Source: Sumerlaeia bacterium (lineage in GTDB: Bacteria; Sumerlaeota; Sumerlaeia; SLMS01; JAHLLQ01). Taken from it: a stretch of DNA of 64,000 nt. The stretch covers positions 1-64,000 of the forward strand of contig JAVJSW010000031.1 in assembly GCA_040219255.1 (NCBI GenBank), in the 5' to 3' direction. Below are positions 37,131-47,250 of the stretch, in pieces. The notes beneath the pieces were generated by a model. The model saw only the letters and a program-made list of their open reading frames with translations. It did no database searches and was not told where the DNA came from. A program made the position numbers and the translations under genes. Every line of letters begins with the position of its first letter. Positions within the stretch are counted from its first letter, which is position 1.

Positions 37131-40100
37131 ATGGTCTCTTCTCTTCACGTGACTCAACAGCAGCTTCGCATCGGCAATCTGGTCATTTTTCGCGAGACGA
37201 TCGCTCCGCAACTCTTTCGGATCGCGGACCTCAATGGGTCCGTTGCGGACCTCGAACCGGTCTCGCTCGGGACGACCCCCGTCCAATCCCCGGTCCGCGA
37301 ACTGCGCCGCTACCGCGTCAAGACGACCGATGAGGTGTATTGGAACGAAGAAGTGGTCCAGGTCCTGCGCCTCGTCAATCCTCGCAGCGCCGATCTCTAC
37401 GAGTACGACGTCGAGGTGAACGGCGAGGTCTTGCGCGCCCGCGAGGTGGACCTGCGCGTCGCCCCCGGCAGCGCCCTTGTCGATCCACTCTCACAGATGA
37501 TCAATCTGGACGCGGCGCCGGCTCGTCTCGGCCAGGCGCGCTCCGAACTGCTCCGCTCCTACTTCGCGGCCACCGCCAAGAGCCTTGGCATCGTCGGCTA
37601 CAACGGCGCCCGAATGCTTCCCATCCCGCACCAGATCAGCGCCGCCCGCTACGCTTTGCTTTTCGGCCGGTTGCGCTTCCTGCTCGCCGACGAAGTGGGC
37701 CTCGGCAAAACGGTCGAAGCCGGTCTGATTGTGACAACCTTGCGCAAGTACTTCCCCGAGTGGAGCACCGCCATTTTCGTCCCCGACTCGCTGACGGTGC
37801 AGTGGGCCTTCGAAATGTTCGGCAAGTTCGGCAAAGCCATCTACGATGTCGAAGGACTCGATTTCGACTCGGACGATTTCGCGGCCGGCGAGGAAGCCGA
37901 CGTTGCCCAGGGCACGATCCTGCCCCACCACCGCGCCGTGCAGTGGGATCGCGAGGGCTTCTCGCCCGAGATCCTGGTGATCGACGAGGCCCATCAGATC
38001 ACCGCCGACCCCGCCCTGGCTGAAGCGTTCGAAAACCTCAGTTCCCGCGCCCAAGCGGTCCTGCTCCTGACCGCCACACCGACGTCCGAGGGCTCGATCA
38101 ACCTGGCCCGGCTGCTGCGCATTTGCGATCCGCACCACTTCGCCGAAATGGGAGACGACGAAGAAGTGGCCCGCCGTTTCAACCAGGAAAACGATTTCCG
38201 CTCCGTCTATTTCGCCCTGCGCGACTCCAGCGTTCCTCCCGAGCGGATTCAGGAACTGGTGGCGTCGACGCCCCTGCCCGATCCAGACGTGACCGAGATG
38301 ATCGTGGAGGGCGGTATCAATCTCGACATGACCGAGCGCATCCGCGCCGCCACCGCTCTCGCCGAAGGCGCCATGCCCTCCGTGCAGGTGCTGCGCTACC
38401 GCCGCGATTATTTGGCGCTGCACAACGATCTGCCGGAACGCGTCGAGGAACCGCTCGAATATCGCGCAACGGCCCAGGAAGACCAGGTGCGCCGGGTGGT
38501 CCGGCGCTGGCTCGACGCGGTGAAAGACTGCGGCCATCGTCACAGCGCCGACTGGCAGGCCGTAGCCGCGGCGCTCATGCAGGCGTCCCACAGCAGCCCC
38601 GGCGCCGTGCAACAATGGATCGCCGGCCGGCGCGACGAACTCGGCTTCCACGGCGGCATCACCGCCGATCCGGTCTTCCGCAATCGAAAACGCCTCGCCG
38701 AACTTCCCGTCCTCACCGGCGAGGAAAGCATTCTCGCCGAACTGGAGAAAGCCAACAAGACGTGGGCGCGGGAGACAAAGGCGATGGATGTCAAGGCCAG
38801 GCCCTTGGCGCGCCATCCACGCTTCGAAATCCTGCTCAAGCAGCTATCCAGCATCTTTGAATTCGAAGAAGACGCCCATCTGCTGATCTTTACCAGCTTC
38901 GAATGCAACGTGAAGCCGTTGCATTTGCTGTTGAAAAAAGCTCTCGGGCCCAAGCGCGACGTCTTCGCCATCAGCGCCGAAATGCCCTGGCGCGATCGAG
39001 AAAAAACCGCCTTCTCCTTTCAGGAAAAACGCGGGCCCTGCGTTCTGGTCAGCGACGATCTCGGTGGCGAAGGCCGCAACTTCCAGTTCGCGAACGCTAT
39101 CTTCCACTTCGATTTGCCGCTCGCACCCTGGATTCTCGAGCAGCGCATTGGCCGCCTCGACCGCGTCGGGCGCGAGGAAGAGATGGATGTGGACAGCCAA
39201 ATCCTCATCAGCAGCGATGGTCCCGACCACACCATTTACGAGTTCCTGCGCGATGGCGTCGGCGTCTTCAACGAATCCATCGCCCCCATCGAGGGCGACG
39301 TCGATTCGGCCTATCGCCGCATGATCGAGGCGTTCATCGCCGAAGGCGACGATGCGGTGCTGGACTTGATCGAAAAGGTGTCGGAGGAACTGGATGGCTT
39401 CCGCCAGGAGCGGGAAGCGGATCCGCTGCTCACCCGCGATCTGGAAAATATCCGGTCGCTCAGCAAGCAACTCGACGACCGCGAGGAACTCGACCGATTG
39501 CGCGCCGCGGCTATCGAATACACGCGCCTGCTGGGCAGCGTCGTGGACGAGGAGCGCTCGCGCGTCACCATCACCGTCGGAGCCCACCATCCGCTGCACG
39601 CCTACCCCGGGATCCTGCCGGAAATGCGGGGCTATTTCGACCGGCGCCTTGCCGTGCGGCGCGAACGACTCGAGTTCTTCTCGCCCGGCCATCCCTTCCT
39701 GCGGGCTTTGGCACGCACCGCCATGGAGGAAAGCGCCGACCGCGTCACGTTTTCGCTGCGCCAAGGAATCCCCTTGGGCGCCTTCGTCTTCACCTTCCGC
39801 ATTTCTCTGCCGCCGGAATATATCGGCGCGGTCCGCGACATGCCGGAAGACCTGCAACCGGCCCTGCTCTGTGCCGCGGCGAGTAACTTCAGCACCCACA
39901 TGGTCCGCGTGGCGGTGGACTTCAAGGGCGACCTGGTGCCGGAAAACGAAAAGACGGAGGCCGTGTTCCTGCCGTGGCGCAGTTCCGACCTCTCCCTCGA
40001 CGAAGGCGAGGATATCTATCGGTATCTGCCGGAGAACTGGGAGGAGCGCTGCTACCTATGCTGCCAGGTGGCCGAGGCGCGCGCCCGCAAGCAGGGGCAA

Positions 40101-40268
40101 CGGATGTTGGAGGCGGGACTGGGGCCGCTCAAGCTGGCCCTTGCGGAAGCCCTCACGCGGGCTTTCGGCATCAACTATCCCATCGAAGAACAAATGGAAT
40201 CGCTCCTCTTCGTGCTCGACGAAATGAGCGTCGACATGGACTCCGTGGCGGTTCACTTCCCCGCCTGA
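37131..40268 (+). CDS. SNF2-family helicase, RapA/DpdE-like
   Basis: LLADEVGLGKT, IDEAH, LLTATP, GGEGRNFQFA, LEQRIGRLDRVG. Confidence 0.88.
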   Translation: MVSSLHVTQQQLRIGNLVIFRETIAPQLFRIADLNGSVADLEPVSLGTTPVQSPVRELRRYRVKTTDEVYWNEEVVQVLRLVNPRSADLYEYDVEVNGEVLRAREVDLRVAPGSALVDPLSQMINLDAAPARLGQARSELLRSYFAATAKSLGIVGYNGARMLPIPHQISAARYALLFGRLRFLLADEVGLGKTVEAGLIVTTLRKYFPEWSTAIFVPDSLTVQWAFEMFGKFGKAIYDVEGLDFDSDDFAAGEEADVAQGTILPHHRAVQWDREGFSPEILVIDEAHQITADPALAEAFENLSSRAQAVLLLTATPTSEGSINLARLLRICDPHHFAEMGDDEEVARRFNQENDFRSVYFALRDSSVPPERIQELVASTPLPDPDVTEMIVEGGINLDMTERIRAATALAEGAMPSVQVLRYRRDYLALHNDLPERVEEPLEYRATAQEDQVRRVVRRWLDAVKDCGHRHSADWQAVAAALMQASHSSPGAVQQWIAGRRDELGFHGGITADPVFRNRKRLAELPVLTGEESILAELEKANKTWARETKAMDVKARPLARHPRFEILLKQLSSIFEFEEDAHLLIFTSFECNVKPLHLLLKKALGPKRDVFAISAEMPWRDREKTAFSFQEKRGPCVLVSDDLGGEGRNFQFANAIFHFDLPLAPWILEQRIGRLDRVGREEEMDVDSQILISSDGPDHTIYEFLRDGVGVFNESIAPIEGDVDSAYRRMIEAFIAEGDDAVLDLIEKVSEELDGFRQEREADPLLTRDLENIRSLSKQLDDREELDRLRAAAIEYTRLLGSVVDEERSRVTITVGAHHPLHAYPGILPEMRGYFDRRLAVRRERLEFFSPGHPFLRALARTAMEESADRVTFSLRQGIPLGAFVFTFRISLPPEYIGAVRDMPEDLQPALLCAAASNFSTHMVRVAVDFKGDLVPENEKTEAVFLPWRSSDLSLDEGEDIYRYLPENWEERCYLCCQVAEARARKQGQRMLEAGLGPLKLALAEALTRAFGINYPIEEQMESLLFVLDEMSVDMDSVAVHFPA

Positions 40269-40309
40269 GCCATCTGGGCCACGGCGCCCTCACTATTCGG
40301 GGCGTGGAC

Positions 40310-41053
40310 TTACCAGCCCACTGCGAGACGGGGAAGCTCCTCGGAGGAGCCCTCGTAGGCGGAGGGGCAGCCGAAAAAGAACCCTTGGCCCAAGGGAACG
40401 TCGAGGTGCTGGAGCAACTCGAGGTGGCTCTCGCATTCGATGCCTTCGCAAAGAATCGATGAGAAGGGCGAGCGCTGGGAAATGTCGCGAAGGAACGCGG
40501 CGGTCTCTTCCTTCGTCAGGTTCTGCACCACCGTGCGGTCGACCTTGATGTAATCGGGTTCGAGCGCCCAGTACAAAGGATTGAGATTCTGAGGGTTCAG
40601 GTCGTCGAGGGCGACGAGAATGCCTTGGCAGTGCAGGGAGAAGACGATGGGGGCGAGAAGGTGGATCTGCTGATCGGTCAGGTCTTCGTGGATTTCGAGA
40701 CAAATGCGCCGGCCATCCTTGAGAAGGGGCGCCGCCAGTTCGCCGAACCATTCGACAAAGTCCGGTTCGAGCAAAGTGTCCGGGAAAACGTTCAGGAAAA
40801 GCGTCAGACCGCTGTGAAGCTGCTCGTCGAGTTTGAGGGAGCACTCGATGCATCGCCGGTCGATCGAAGAGATAACGCCCAGGCGGCGGGCTTGTTCGAA
40901 GATGGCGTCTGGATAATGGAACGGCGATTCGAGCGGACCCCGCGTCAGTGCTTCGTAGGCGACGATGGCGCCGGTCGTGAGGCAGCAGATGGGCATCACC
41001 CAAGTGTCGAGCTGGGGCTGGGCAAGAGCGTCGAGAAATTCATCGGGCAGCAT
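40310..41053 (-). CDS. stand-alone EAL domain protein
   Basis: YEALTRGP, FLNV, ALDD, YIKVDR, EGIE, GQGFFF. Confidence 0.85.
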   Translation of the reverse strand: MLPDEFLDALAQPQLDTWVMPICCLTTGAIVAYEALTRGPLESPFHYPDAIFEQARRLGVISSIDRRCIECSLKLDEQLHSGLTLFLNVFPDTLLEPDFVEWFGELAAPLLKDGRRICLEIHEDLTDQQIHLLAPIVFSLHCQGILVALDDLNPQNLNPLYWALEPDYIKVDRTVVQNLTKEETAAFLRDISQRSPFSSILCEGIECESHLELLQHLDVPLGQGFFFGCPSAYEGSSEELPRLAVGW

Positions 41054-41185
41054 GGGTGGTGTCGGTCCTGAGGCTCGGTGGTTCCCTAAGTCAATTTCGC
41101 AGCTTAGAGGATAGGCTTGTGGACGCAATCGCGAAAACGCTTACAGTTTGTTTGTCATAACCGGATCGATTTTGTCTGGCAATCA

Positions 41186-42412
41186 TTATCTGACGCCACT
41201 GTCCGCCTTCCTTCGGCGCAGTTGCGACATGTGATTGATTTCGTAGGAGAGAGCGTCCATCACCACGTGCGCGTGATCCAACGGCATTGCCGGCCCGATC
41301 GGCAGCGATAACACCTCGTCGGCCAGCCGCTCGGTCACGGGCAAGGAACCGGGCTGCAATCCGAGATGCGCCAGCGCCGGCTGCAAGTGGCAGGGCACCG
41401 GGTAGTGCAGCCCTGTGGAAATGCCGCGCTCCGAGAGCGCCTTGCGCAGCGACTCCCGCCCCCGCGGCACCCGCACCACAAACAGGTGGTAGCCGCTTTC
41501 GCTGTCCGGCACCAGTTCCTGGGGCGCCATTCCAAAGCTCAAGAAGGGCTCCTCGCAGAGGCGTTCGCGGTAGGTCTTGGCGATGGCGCGGCGATGGGCG
41601 ACCCACTTGTCGAGGTGCGGAAGTTTGGCCAGCAGAATCGCCGCCTGCATGGTGTCGAGGCGAGCGTTCGTGCCCTCCATTTCGTGGACGAACTTGCCGC
41701 TGCGGCCGTGATCCACATAAAGCCGGGCTTTTCGGTCGATCTCCGGCAGGTTGGTCGTGATGCCACCGGCGTCGCCAAAAGCCCCGAGAGTCTTACCGGG
41801 GAAGAAACTGAAGGCCGCCCCGTCGCAAAGCGCGCCACACTTCTTGCCGTGGAGGGTGGCGCCATGACCCTGGCCGGCGTCCTCCAGCAACGCCACGCCC
41901 TTAGAGTCCGCCACCCTGCGCAGTTGATCCATGTCGGCGACGGCGCCGTAGAGCTGCACGGCGACGATGGCCTTGGTGCGATCATTCACCGCCAGCCGGG
42001 CCTGATTGGGATTGATGAGCCACGTGTCGCGATCCACATCGACAAAGACCGGTTTGGCGCCGAGTAAAAGAACCGCTTCCGCGGTGGCGATGAAGGTATG
42101 CGACGGGAGGATCACTTCGTCGCCGGGGCCGACGCCGACGGCCTGGTAGAGGGCCTGGAGGGCGGCCGTTCCATTGGCGGCGCCGACGCAGTGGCTTAAG
42201 CCACAGTATTGGGCCCAGGCTTTTTCGAACTGGCCCAGCTCCGGGCCCTTGATGAACTTTCCGTGGTCCAGGACGCGCGCGATGGCGGCGTCCAAATCCG
42301 GTCTCAATTCCGCGGTGGTGGCGGCCAGATCGAGAAAGGGTACAGAGACGGTTGAGGGGGACTTGGGGGTCGTTCCCGAAGGTATCGAGTGGGAATTACC
42401 GTGAGAGGTCAT
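41186..42412 (-). CDS. DegT/DnrJ/EryC1/StrS aminotransferase (WbpE-like)
   Basis: GPGDEVI, LEDAGQGHGA, FSFFPGKTLGAFGDAG, NARLDTMQAA. Confidence 0.92.
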   Translation of the reverse strand: MTSHGNSHSIPSGTTPKSPSTVSVPFLDLAATTAELRPDLDAAIARVLDHGKFIKGPELGQFEKAWAQYCGLSHCVGAANGTAALQALYQAVGVGPGDEVILPSHTFIATAEAVLLLGAKPVFVDVDRDTWLINPNQARLAVNDRTKAIVAVQLYGAVADMDQLRRVADSKGVALLEDAGQGHGATLHGKKCGALCDGAAFSFFPGKTLGAFGDAGGITTNLPEIDRKARLYVDHGRSGKFVHEMEGTNARLDTMQAAILLAKLPHLDKWVAHRRAIAKTYRERLCEEPFLSFGMAPQELVPDSESGYHLFVVRVPRGRESLRKALSERGISTGLHYPVPCHLQPALAHLGLQPGSLPVTERLADEVLSLPIGPAMPLDHAHVVMDALSYEINHMSQLRRRKADSGVR

Positions 42413-42596
42413 GAATTTCCATTATCCGATGAAGCAAATCGTGCAGGCGCGTGTCCGATTTCCGGCGTACTGCGCCATAAGGCCCTGACGCTCGGCAACC
42501 CTCTTCTTGCCCGAGTGCGCTGCAATTCGGTTTGATGCCCGGGTGAGGGCCGTCCAGGCTGGGGTCAGTTCTGCCGAAGGGGGCTTTTTCCATATC

Positions 42597-43637
42597 ATGT
42601 CTGTCGCGTTGGCTGTGGTTGGTTTAGGGGGGTGGGGACCGAACCTGGTTCGGAACGCCGCCGAAACGAAAGGGGCGCGGCTGGCGGCCCTTTGCGATAC
42701 GGATGACGCCCGGCTGGCGGCCGTCGGCGGGCGCTATCCGGGCGTTGCGCTGAAGGCTTCCCTGGGCGAAGTCCTGGCCGATTCATCCATCGACGCGGTC
42801 ATACTGGCCACGCCCGCCGGGCTCCACGCCGACCAGGCGCGTCAGGTTCTCGAATCGGGACGCCACGTATTGGTCGAAAAGCCCCTGGCTTTGACCACGC
42901 GCGAAGGATGCCAGCTCGCAGCGCTGGCCGGGCGCCTGGGTCGCGTTCTGCTCACGGGCCATACCTTTCTCTACAACGAGTCGGTGCGCGCCTGCCGGCG
43001 GCTGATCGAGGGCGGCGAGCTTGGTAAGGTCTGGTTCGCCAACGCCGAACGCATGTCGCTCGGCAAAGTCCGCGACGACGTGAACGCCCTGTGGAACCTC
43101 TCGCCTCACGATGTCTCCATTCTGCTGCACCTGTTCGGCGAAATGCCCCGCCGCGTCTGGGCCAGGGGGGGGCGGTTCCTGCCCGGTTCGACTCAGGAAG
43201 ACGTCGTCGTGGCCACGCTCGAGTTCCCCTCCGGCGCCCTCGCCAACATCACCGCGTCCTGGCTCAACCCGCTCAAGGTCCGCCGTATGACCCTGGTGGG
43301 CGAGCGCCGCATGGTGGTTTATGACGACACCTCGGCGGACCGGCCCGTGGTGCTCTACGACATGGGGGTGGATAGCGAGGCGCCGGAACCGGCGGGGGAT
43401 TTTCAGGCGTTCCGCCGCACCCTCCGGCGGGGCGAAGAACGCGTCATCGCGGTGGAGCCAAAGGAGCCCCTGGCGGAAGAGATCGCCCATTTCGTGCGGT
43501 GCATCGCGGAGGGCGAAGCGCCCGTCTCGGGCCCCCGTGAGGCGATTGCCGTGGTCTATGTTCTCGAGGCCTGCCAGCAGTCTCTTCGCACCGATGGGGC
43601 GCCCGTGAATTTGTCACACAATTTTGACTTTGTTTGA
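42597..43637 (+). CDS. Gfo/Idh/MocA oxidoreductase (WbpB/GnnA-like)
   Basis: VGLGGWGPN, HVLVEKPLA, WNLSPHD. Confidence 0.9.
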   Translation: MSVALAVVGLGGWGPNLVRNAAETKGARLAALCDTDDARLAAVGGRYPGVALKASLGEVLADSSIDAVILATPAGLHADQARQVLESGRHVLVEKPLALTTREGCQLAALAGRLGRVLLTGHTFLYNESVRACRRLIEGGELGKVWFANAERMSLGKVRDDVNALWNLSPHDVSILLHLFGEMPRRVWARGGRFLPGSTQEDVVVATLEFPSGALANITASWLNPLKVRRMTLVGERRMVVYDDTSADRPVVLYDMGVDSEAPEPAGDFQAFRRTLRRGEERVIAVEPKEPLAEEIAHFVRCIAEGEAPVSGPREAIAVVYVLEACQQSLRTDGAPVNLSHNFDFV

Positions 43638-43733
43638 GTCGTTGGCTCCGATTTTGGTCATGGCTTCGTAAAGGGCGGCACTCCGTTGCGAGCTTGCCGT
43701 CTGGAACGATTCCTTTCTTACGGAGCCTACCCC

Positions 43734-44477
43734 ATGCATAGGCGCTTTTTCTCCTCGGCCTTCACCCTGATCGAACTGCTCATCGTTGTCGCGATTATCG
43801 CCATTTTGGCTGCCATCGCCGTCCCCAACTTCATCGAAGCCCAGACGCGCTCCAAGGTCTCGCGGGTGCGCAGCGACATGCGCACCATAGCCACCGCCCT
43901 TGAATCCTACCGCGTCGATCTAAATGACTATCCGACTGGCTTCGGCCTGACGGTGGACCCGGCGGACCGCTGGCGCTTTGGGCTTTGGCTTCTTTCGACG
44001 CCTATCGCCTATCTCAGCAGCGGCAACATTCAGGACCCGATGCACCTGCCCGCCACGAACCACCCAACCGATTCCACGATCCAGTACAACGCCATGTACA
44101 ATGACCCGGTGAGCGGCCAGAATGGCATCTATCTGTCGGAATTCCTGCGCTTCACGCCTCGATACCAGCCCGCAGGCACGTCTGTCGTCGGCTTCGGCGA
44201 AGGCTTCCGCCTCACGCCAGGCCTGAAAACCCAGTGGTGGATGCTGTTCAGCAATGGGCCGGACTTCGATGGCGGCTTCGGCCCGACCGATCCAGAGGGT
44301 AACCCGTCCGAGGAGTTCGATATCATTCAGCGTACGATCGACTCCGATTCCGACCTCGGGGAATTCCTCGACGTGGTCTACGATCCCACCAACGGTACGG
44401 TCAGTGTCGGCAACATCTGGCGCGCCGGGGGAGCGGGCGTGAACGCGGCGGGCCGCTTCGCAGCCGGGGGGACCTGA
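43734..44477 (+). CDS. type IV pilin/pseudopilin (prepilin N-terminal methylation motif)
   Basis: A|FTLIELLIVVAIIAILAAIAVPNF, SNGPD, YDPTNGTVSVGNI. Confidence 0.92.
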   Translation: MHRRFFSSAFTLIELLIVVAIIAILAAIAVPNFIEAQTRSKVSRVRSDMRTIATALESYRVDLNDYPTGFGLTVDPADRWRFGLWLLSTPIAYLSSGNIQDPMHLPATNHPTDSTIQYNAMYNDPVSGQNGIYLSEFLRFTPRYQPAGTSVVGFGEGFRLTPGLKTQWWMLFSNGPDFDGGFGPTDPEGNPSEEFDIIQRTIDSDSDLGEFLDVVYDPTNGTVSVGNIWRAGGAGVNAAGRFAAGGT

Positions 44478-44621
44478 CCGGAACGGTCCAGTCTGTGAAC
44501 TATTGCCCAGAACGGCCCAGTTCCGCTTCTTTTCAACCCGCCGTCTTCGTATCTTCTTATCATTCCCGGACCAATCGCCGCCCATCGGGATTCACTCTTT
44601 CTTCTGTGAATCGGAGAGCCG

Positions 44622-44906
44622 ATGATGCTGCTCACGAAACGGCGGGCTTTGACCCAACTCGACTTGCTTATCCTGGTAGCGGGCCTTGCGGTGGCCGGTG
44701 CTTTAATTGTGCCAGGGTTGCTCGAACCCCACACTTGTCCTTCCGACCATCGGACGCGCGACATTCGCAATCGGCGCGCGCTGCTGGAAACTTACCGCAT
44801 CGACGAATACGAAGTCACGCCCACGGATTTTGTTTACCGGATGCCGTCCCTTGACCCGGACGGGGACTTAGGCGAAGAGCGGGCACTGTCGATCCCGCAC
44901 CCCTAG
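44622..44906 (+). CDS. degenerate short pilin-like protein
   Basis: RRALTQLDLLILVAGLAVAGALIVPGLLE..DIRNRRALLETYRID parallels the upstream pilin N-terminus. GGAG RBS. Confidence 0.6.
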   Translation: MMLLTKRRALTQLDLLILVAGLAVAGALIVPGLLEPHTCPSDHRTRDIRNRRALLETYRIDEYEVTPTDFVYRMPSLDPDGDLGEERALSIPHP

Positions 44907-44921
44907 AGCCCCCCTCCGCCC

Positions 44922-45503
44922 ATGGCCGTCCATCCGCAAGCCCGCATCCATCCCGACGCCCGCGTGGACGATCCCTGCACCATTGGCTCGGGAACCAGTG
45001 TCTGGCATTTCAGCCATGTGCGGAGCGGGGCGATCATCGGCGAGGGGTGCAATATCGGCCAGAACGCCTATGTCGGCGCCGGAGTCCGCATCGGCAACCG
45101 CTGCAAGATTCAGAATAACGTCAGCGTCTACGAGAGCGTGACGCTGGAGGACGAGGTGTTCTGCGGGCCTTCGATGGTGTTTACCAACGTGGTGAACCCG
45201 CGAGCGTTCATCGAGCGCAAGGACGAGTTCCGGCCGACGCTCGTTCGGCGGGGCGCGACGATCGGCGCCAACGCCACGATTCTGTGCGGCATCACCATCG
45301 GGCGATACGCGATGATCGGAGCCGGCGCCACTGTGACTCGCGACGTGCCGGACTTTGCCTTGATTCTCGGTGTGCCGGGGCGCGTGGCGGGTTGGGTGTC
45401 TCGCGCGGGACATCGCCTCGAGTTTGAGGACGGGCAAGGGTGCTGCCCGGAAAGCGGCGAACGCTATCAATTGAGCGGGAACCGCGTCGTTTTGCTGGAT
45501 TAA
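44922..45503 (+). CDS. wbpD: hexapeptide N-acetyltransferase, WbpD-like
   Basis: [34 protein letters not shown] and CPESGERY. Confidence 0.88.
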   Translation: MAVHPQARIHPDARVDDPCTIGSGTSVWHFSHVRSGAIIGEGCNIGQNAYVGAGVRIGNRCKIQNNVSVYESVTLEDEVFCGPSMVFTNVVNPRAFIERKDEFRPTLVRRGATIGANATILCGITIGRYAMIGAGATVTRDVPDFALILGVPGRVAGWVSRAGHRLEFEDGQGCCPESGERYQLSGNRVVLLD

Positions 45504-45597
45504 CACCGCCTCCCCGATCAAATGTGCCCGAAGGTTGCTCCCGGTTTTCTTGCAGCCAACCCGATACAGGCTGCGGGAGCACACCCCCGTGTCGCTC

Positions 45598-47154
45598 ATG
45601 ATGACTAAACATCTCTCAACGATTCCGTATACGAATGCCGCTGCCCCCAGCGCGCAAGTCCCCATCGCTCAGTTGTCGATCTCGAACTGGGAGCAGCTCG
45701 CCACCCCCACATGCAAGGTTTTGTCGGCCTTTTCCGGCGGCGCCGACTCGGTGTATCTGGCACTGAAAATGAAGGCGCGTCTCGAACGCGGGCAGGTTGC
45801 ATCGGTGCGACTGGCCCACGTTCATCATGGCACGCCGCACGCCGAAGAATTTGCGGAATTCGCTCTCGATTTCGCTCGTTCTCACGATTTGCCCCTCGAC
45901 GTGCTTTATCTGACATCGACCTGGCCGGAAGGCGAATCGCAGGAAGCTTTCTGGCGATCCGAACGACTGCGACTGCTGCGCGAGGCCGCCCGCCGCTCTG
46001 GCGCGGACGTGATCGCCATGGGTCACCACGAGGACGATCTGGCGGAGACGCTGCTGCTGATGGCCATGCGCGGCTGCGGACCCACCGGTATGGGCTCGAT
46101 GGCGGAGTGGCGGCTGCTGGAGGCGGCTACGGATGAGCGGAAGCCGCTCTGGCTGATCCGGCCGATCCTGGCGACAAGCCGCGCCGACATTTTGCGGGAC
46201 CTGGAAGGGCGAGGGCAGAGTTGGATCGAAGACCCGAGCAATCGAGACCCTTCCTATCGGCGCAATCGATTGCGCCATGATATCATTCCAGTGCTGCGGG
46301 AGATGGAACCCGGCGTGACGCGGACCCTCGCGCGGGCGGCCCGACTCTGCGGCGAAGAAAGCCGGCTTCTGTCCGAATTGGCGGAGGATGCGCTGCGCGA
46401 CGCGCTCCTCGCGCAGGCGGCGGAGTACCGGCTCCTGGACCGCATCAGCCTGCGGGCGATGCGGCGGACTCTGGCGAAGTGCGCCCTCCGTAGGGCTTTT
46501 CTGGCGTTTGGGGATCAGTATCCCTCCGCGGCCTTGGCGGAGGATGTCATGACCCGGTTGGAGGTCGAGGACGGCGACCCGTCGCGATTCGAAAACAAGG
46601 CGGACGGGATGGTCGTTCGGGCGCTCGTGACGAACCACTATGTTCTGATCTATCAGGGATCGCTGTCCGAGGAAGAGGCTTTGGCGCGGGCCCTGACGCA
46701 GGCTGGGCGAGCGTTGATCCTGGCGGCGGATTTCGGAGAGACCGTGCTATCCGCCGAGCTGGAGGAGGGCGAAGCACAGCGATTCAACTACGCGACGCGG
46801 CTGGGCGTGAGGCTGGCGCGGGCGGCGGAATTGCCGGTGCGAGGTTCCGATTCGGCCTTCGCCGGTTTGGCCAGGGCGGCCATCGACCTCGACTCCACCG
46901 AGGGTGCCCTCGTGCTGCGCCTCGCGCGGGCGGGGGAAAGCATCGAGTTGGCCACCGCCGGTTCGAAAAGCGTTGCGGAAGCGGCCGCGGAGGCGGGTGT
47001 GCCGCCGGCTGTGCGGGGCCGCGTCGCGGTGGTGGCGGACCAGGCGGGTATCCTTTGGATTCCCGGAGTCCGGCGTGGACCGCGGGCCTGGGTTCGGCCT
47101 TATCACCCGGCGGACCGGGTTTGTATTCTCAGCCTCGCCTCGGGTGGAGCATAG
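45598..47154 (+). CDS. tilS: tRNA(Ile)-lysidine synthetase
   Basis: SGGADS PP-loop, GHHEDDLAET, EDPSN, RNRLRH. Confidence 0.92.
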   Translation: MMTKHLSTIPYTNAAAPSAQVPIAQLSISNWEQLATPTCKVLSAFSGGADSVYLALKMKARLERGQVASVRLAHVHHGTPHAEEFAEFALDFARSHDLPLDVLYLTSTWPEGESQEAFWRSERLRLLREAARRSGADVIAMGHHEDDLAETLLLMAMRGCGPTGMGSMAEWRLLEAATDERKPLWLIRPILATSRADILRDLEGRGQSWIEDPSNRDPSYRRNRLRHDIIPVLREMEPGVTRTLARAARLCGEESRLLSELAEDALRDALLAQAAEYRLLDRISLRAMRRTLAKCALRRAFLAFGDQYPSAALAEDVMTRLEVEDGDPSRFENKADGMVVRALVTNHYVLIYQGSLSEEEALARALTQAGRALILAADFGETVLSAELEEGEAQRFNYATRLGVRLARAAELPVRGSDSAFAGLARAAIDLDSTEGALVLRLARAGESIELATAGSKSVAEAAAEAGVPPAVRGRVAVVADQAGILWIPGVRRGPRAWVRPYHPADRVCILSLASGGA

Positions 47155-47250
47155 CGGCGAATTCCTGTTGGGCGCTCTCTTGCTATAAGGTTGGATCGCT
47201 GAGCCGCGAGACAGCCTCCCCAGCCCACTTGAAAACCCGATCGTTTCGTT

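Noticed and set aside
37131-40268. Complete Dpd or other defence system
   Set aside because: No partner genes (dpdA-K, methylase, nuclease) in the window.
43640-43733. sigma54 -24/-12 promoter before the pilin (also near 49296)
   Set aside because: GG-GC spacing is 9 nt rather than the required 10.
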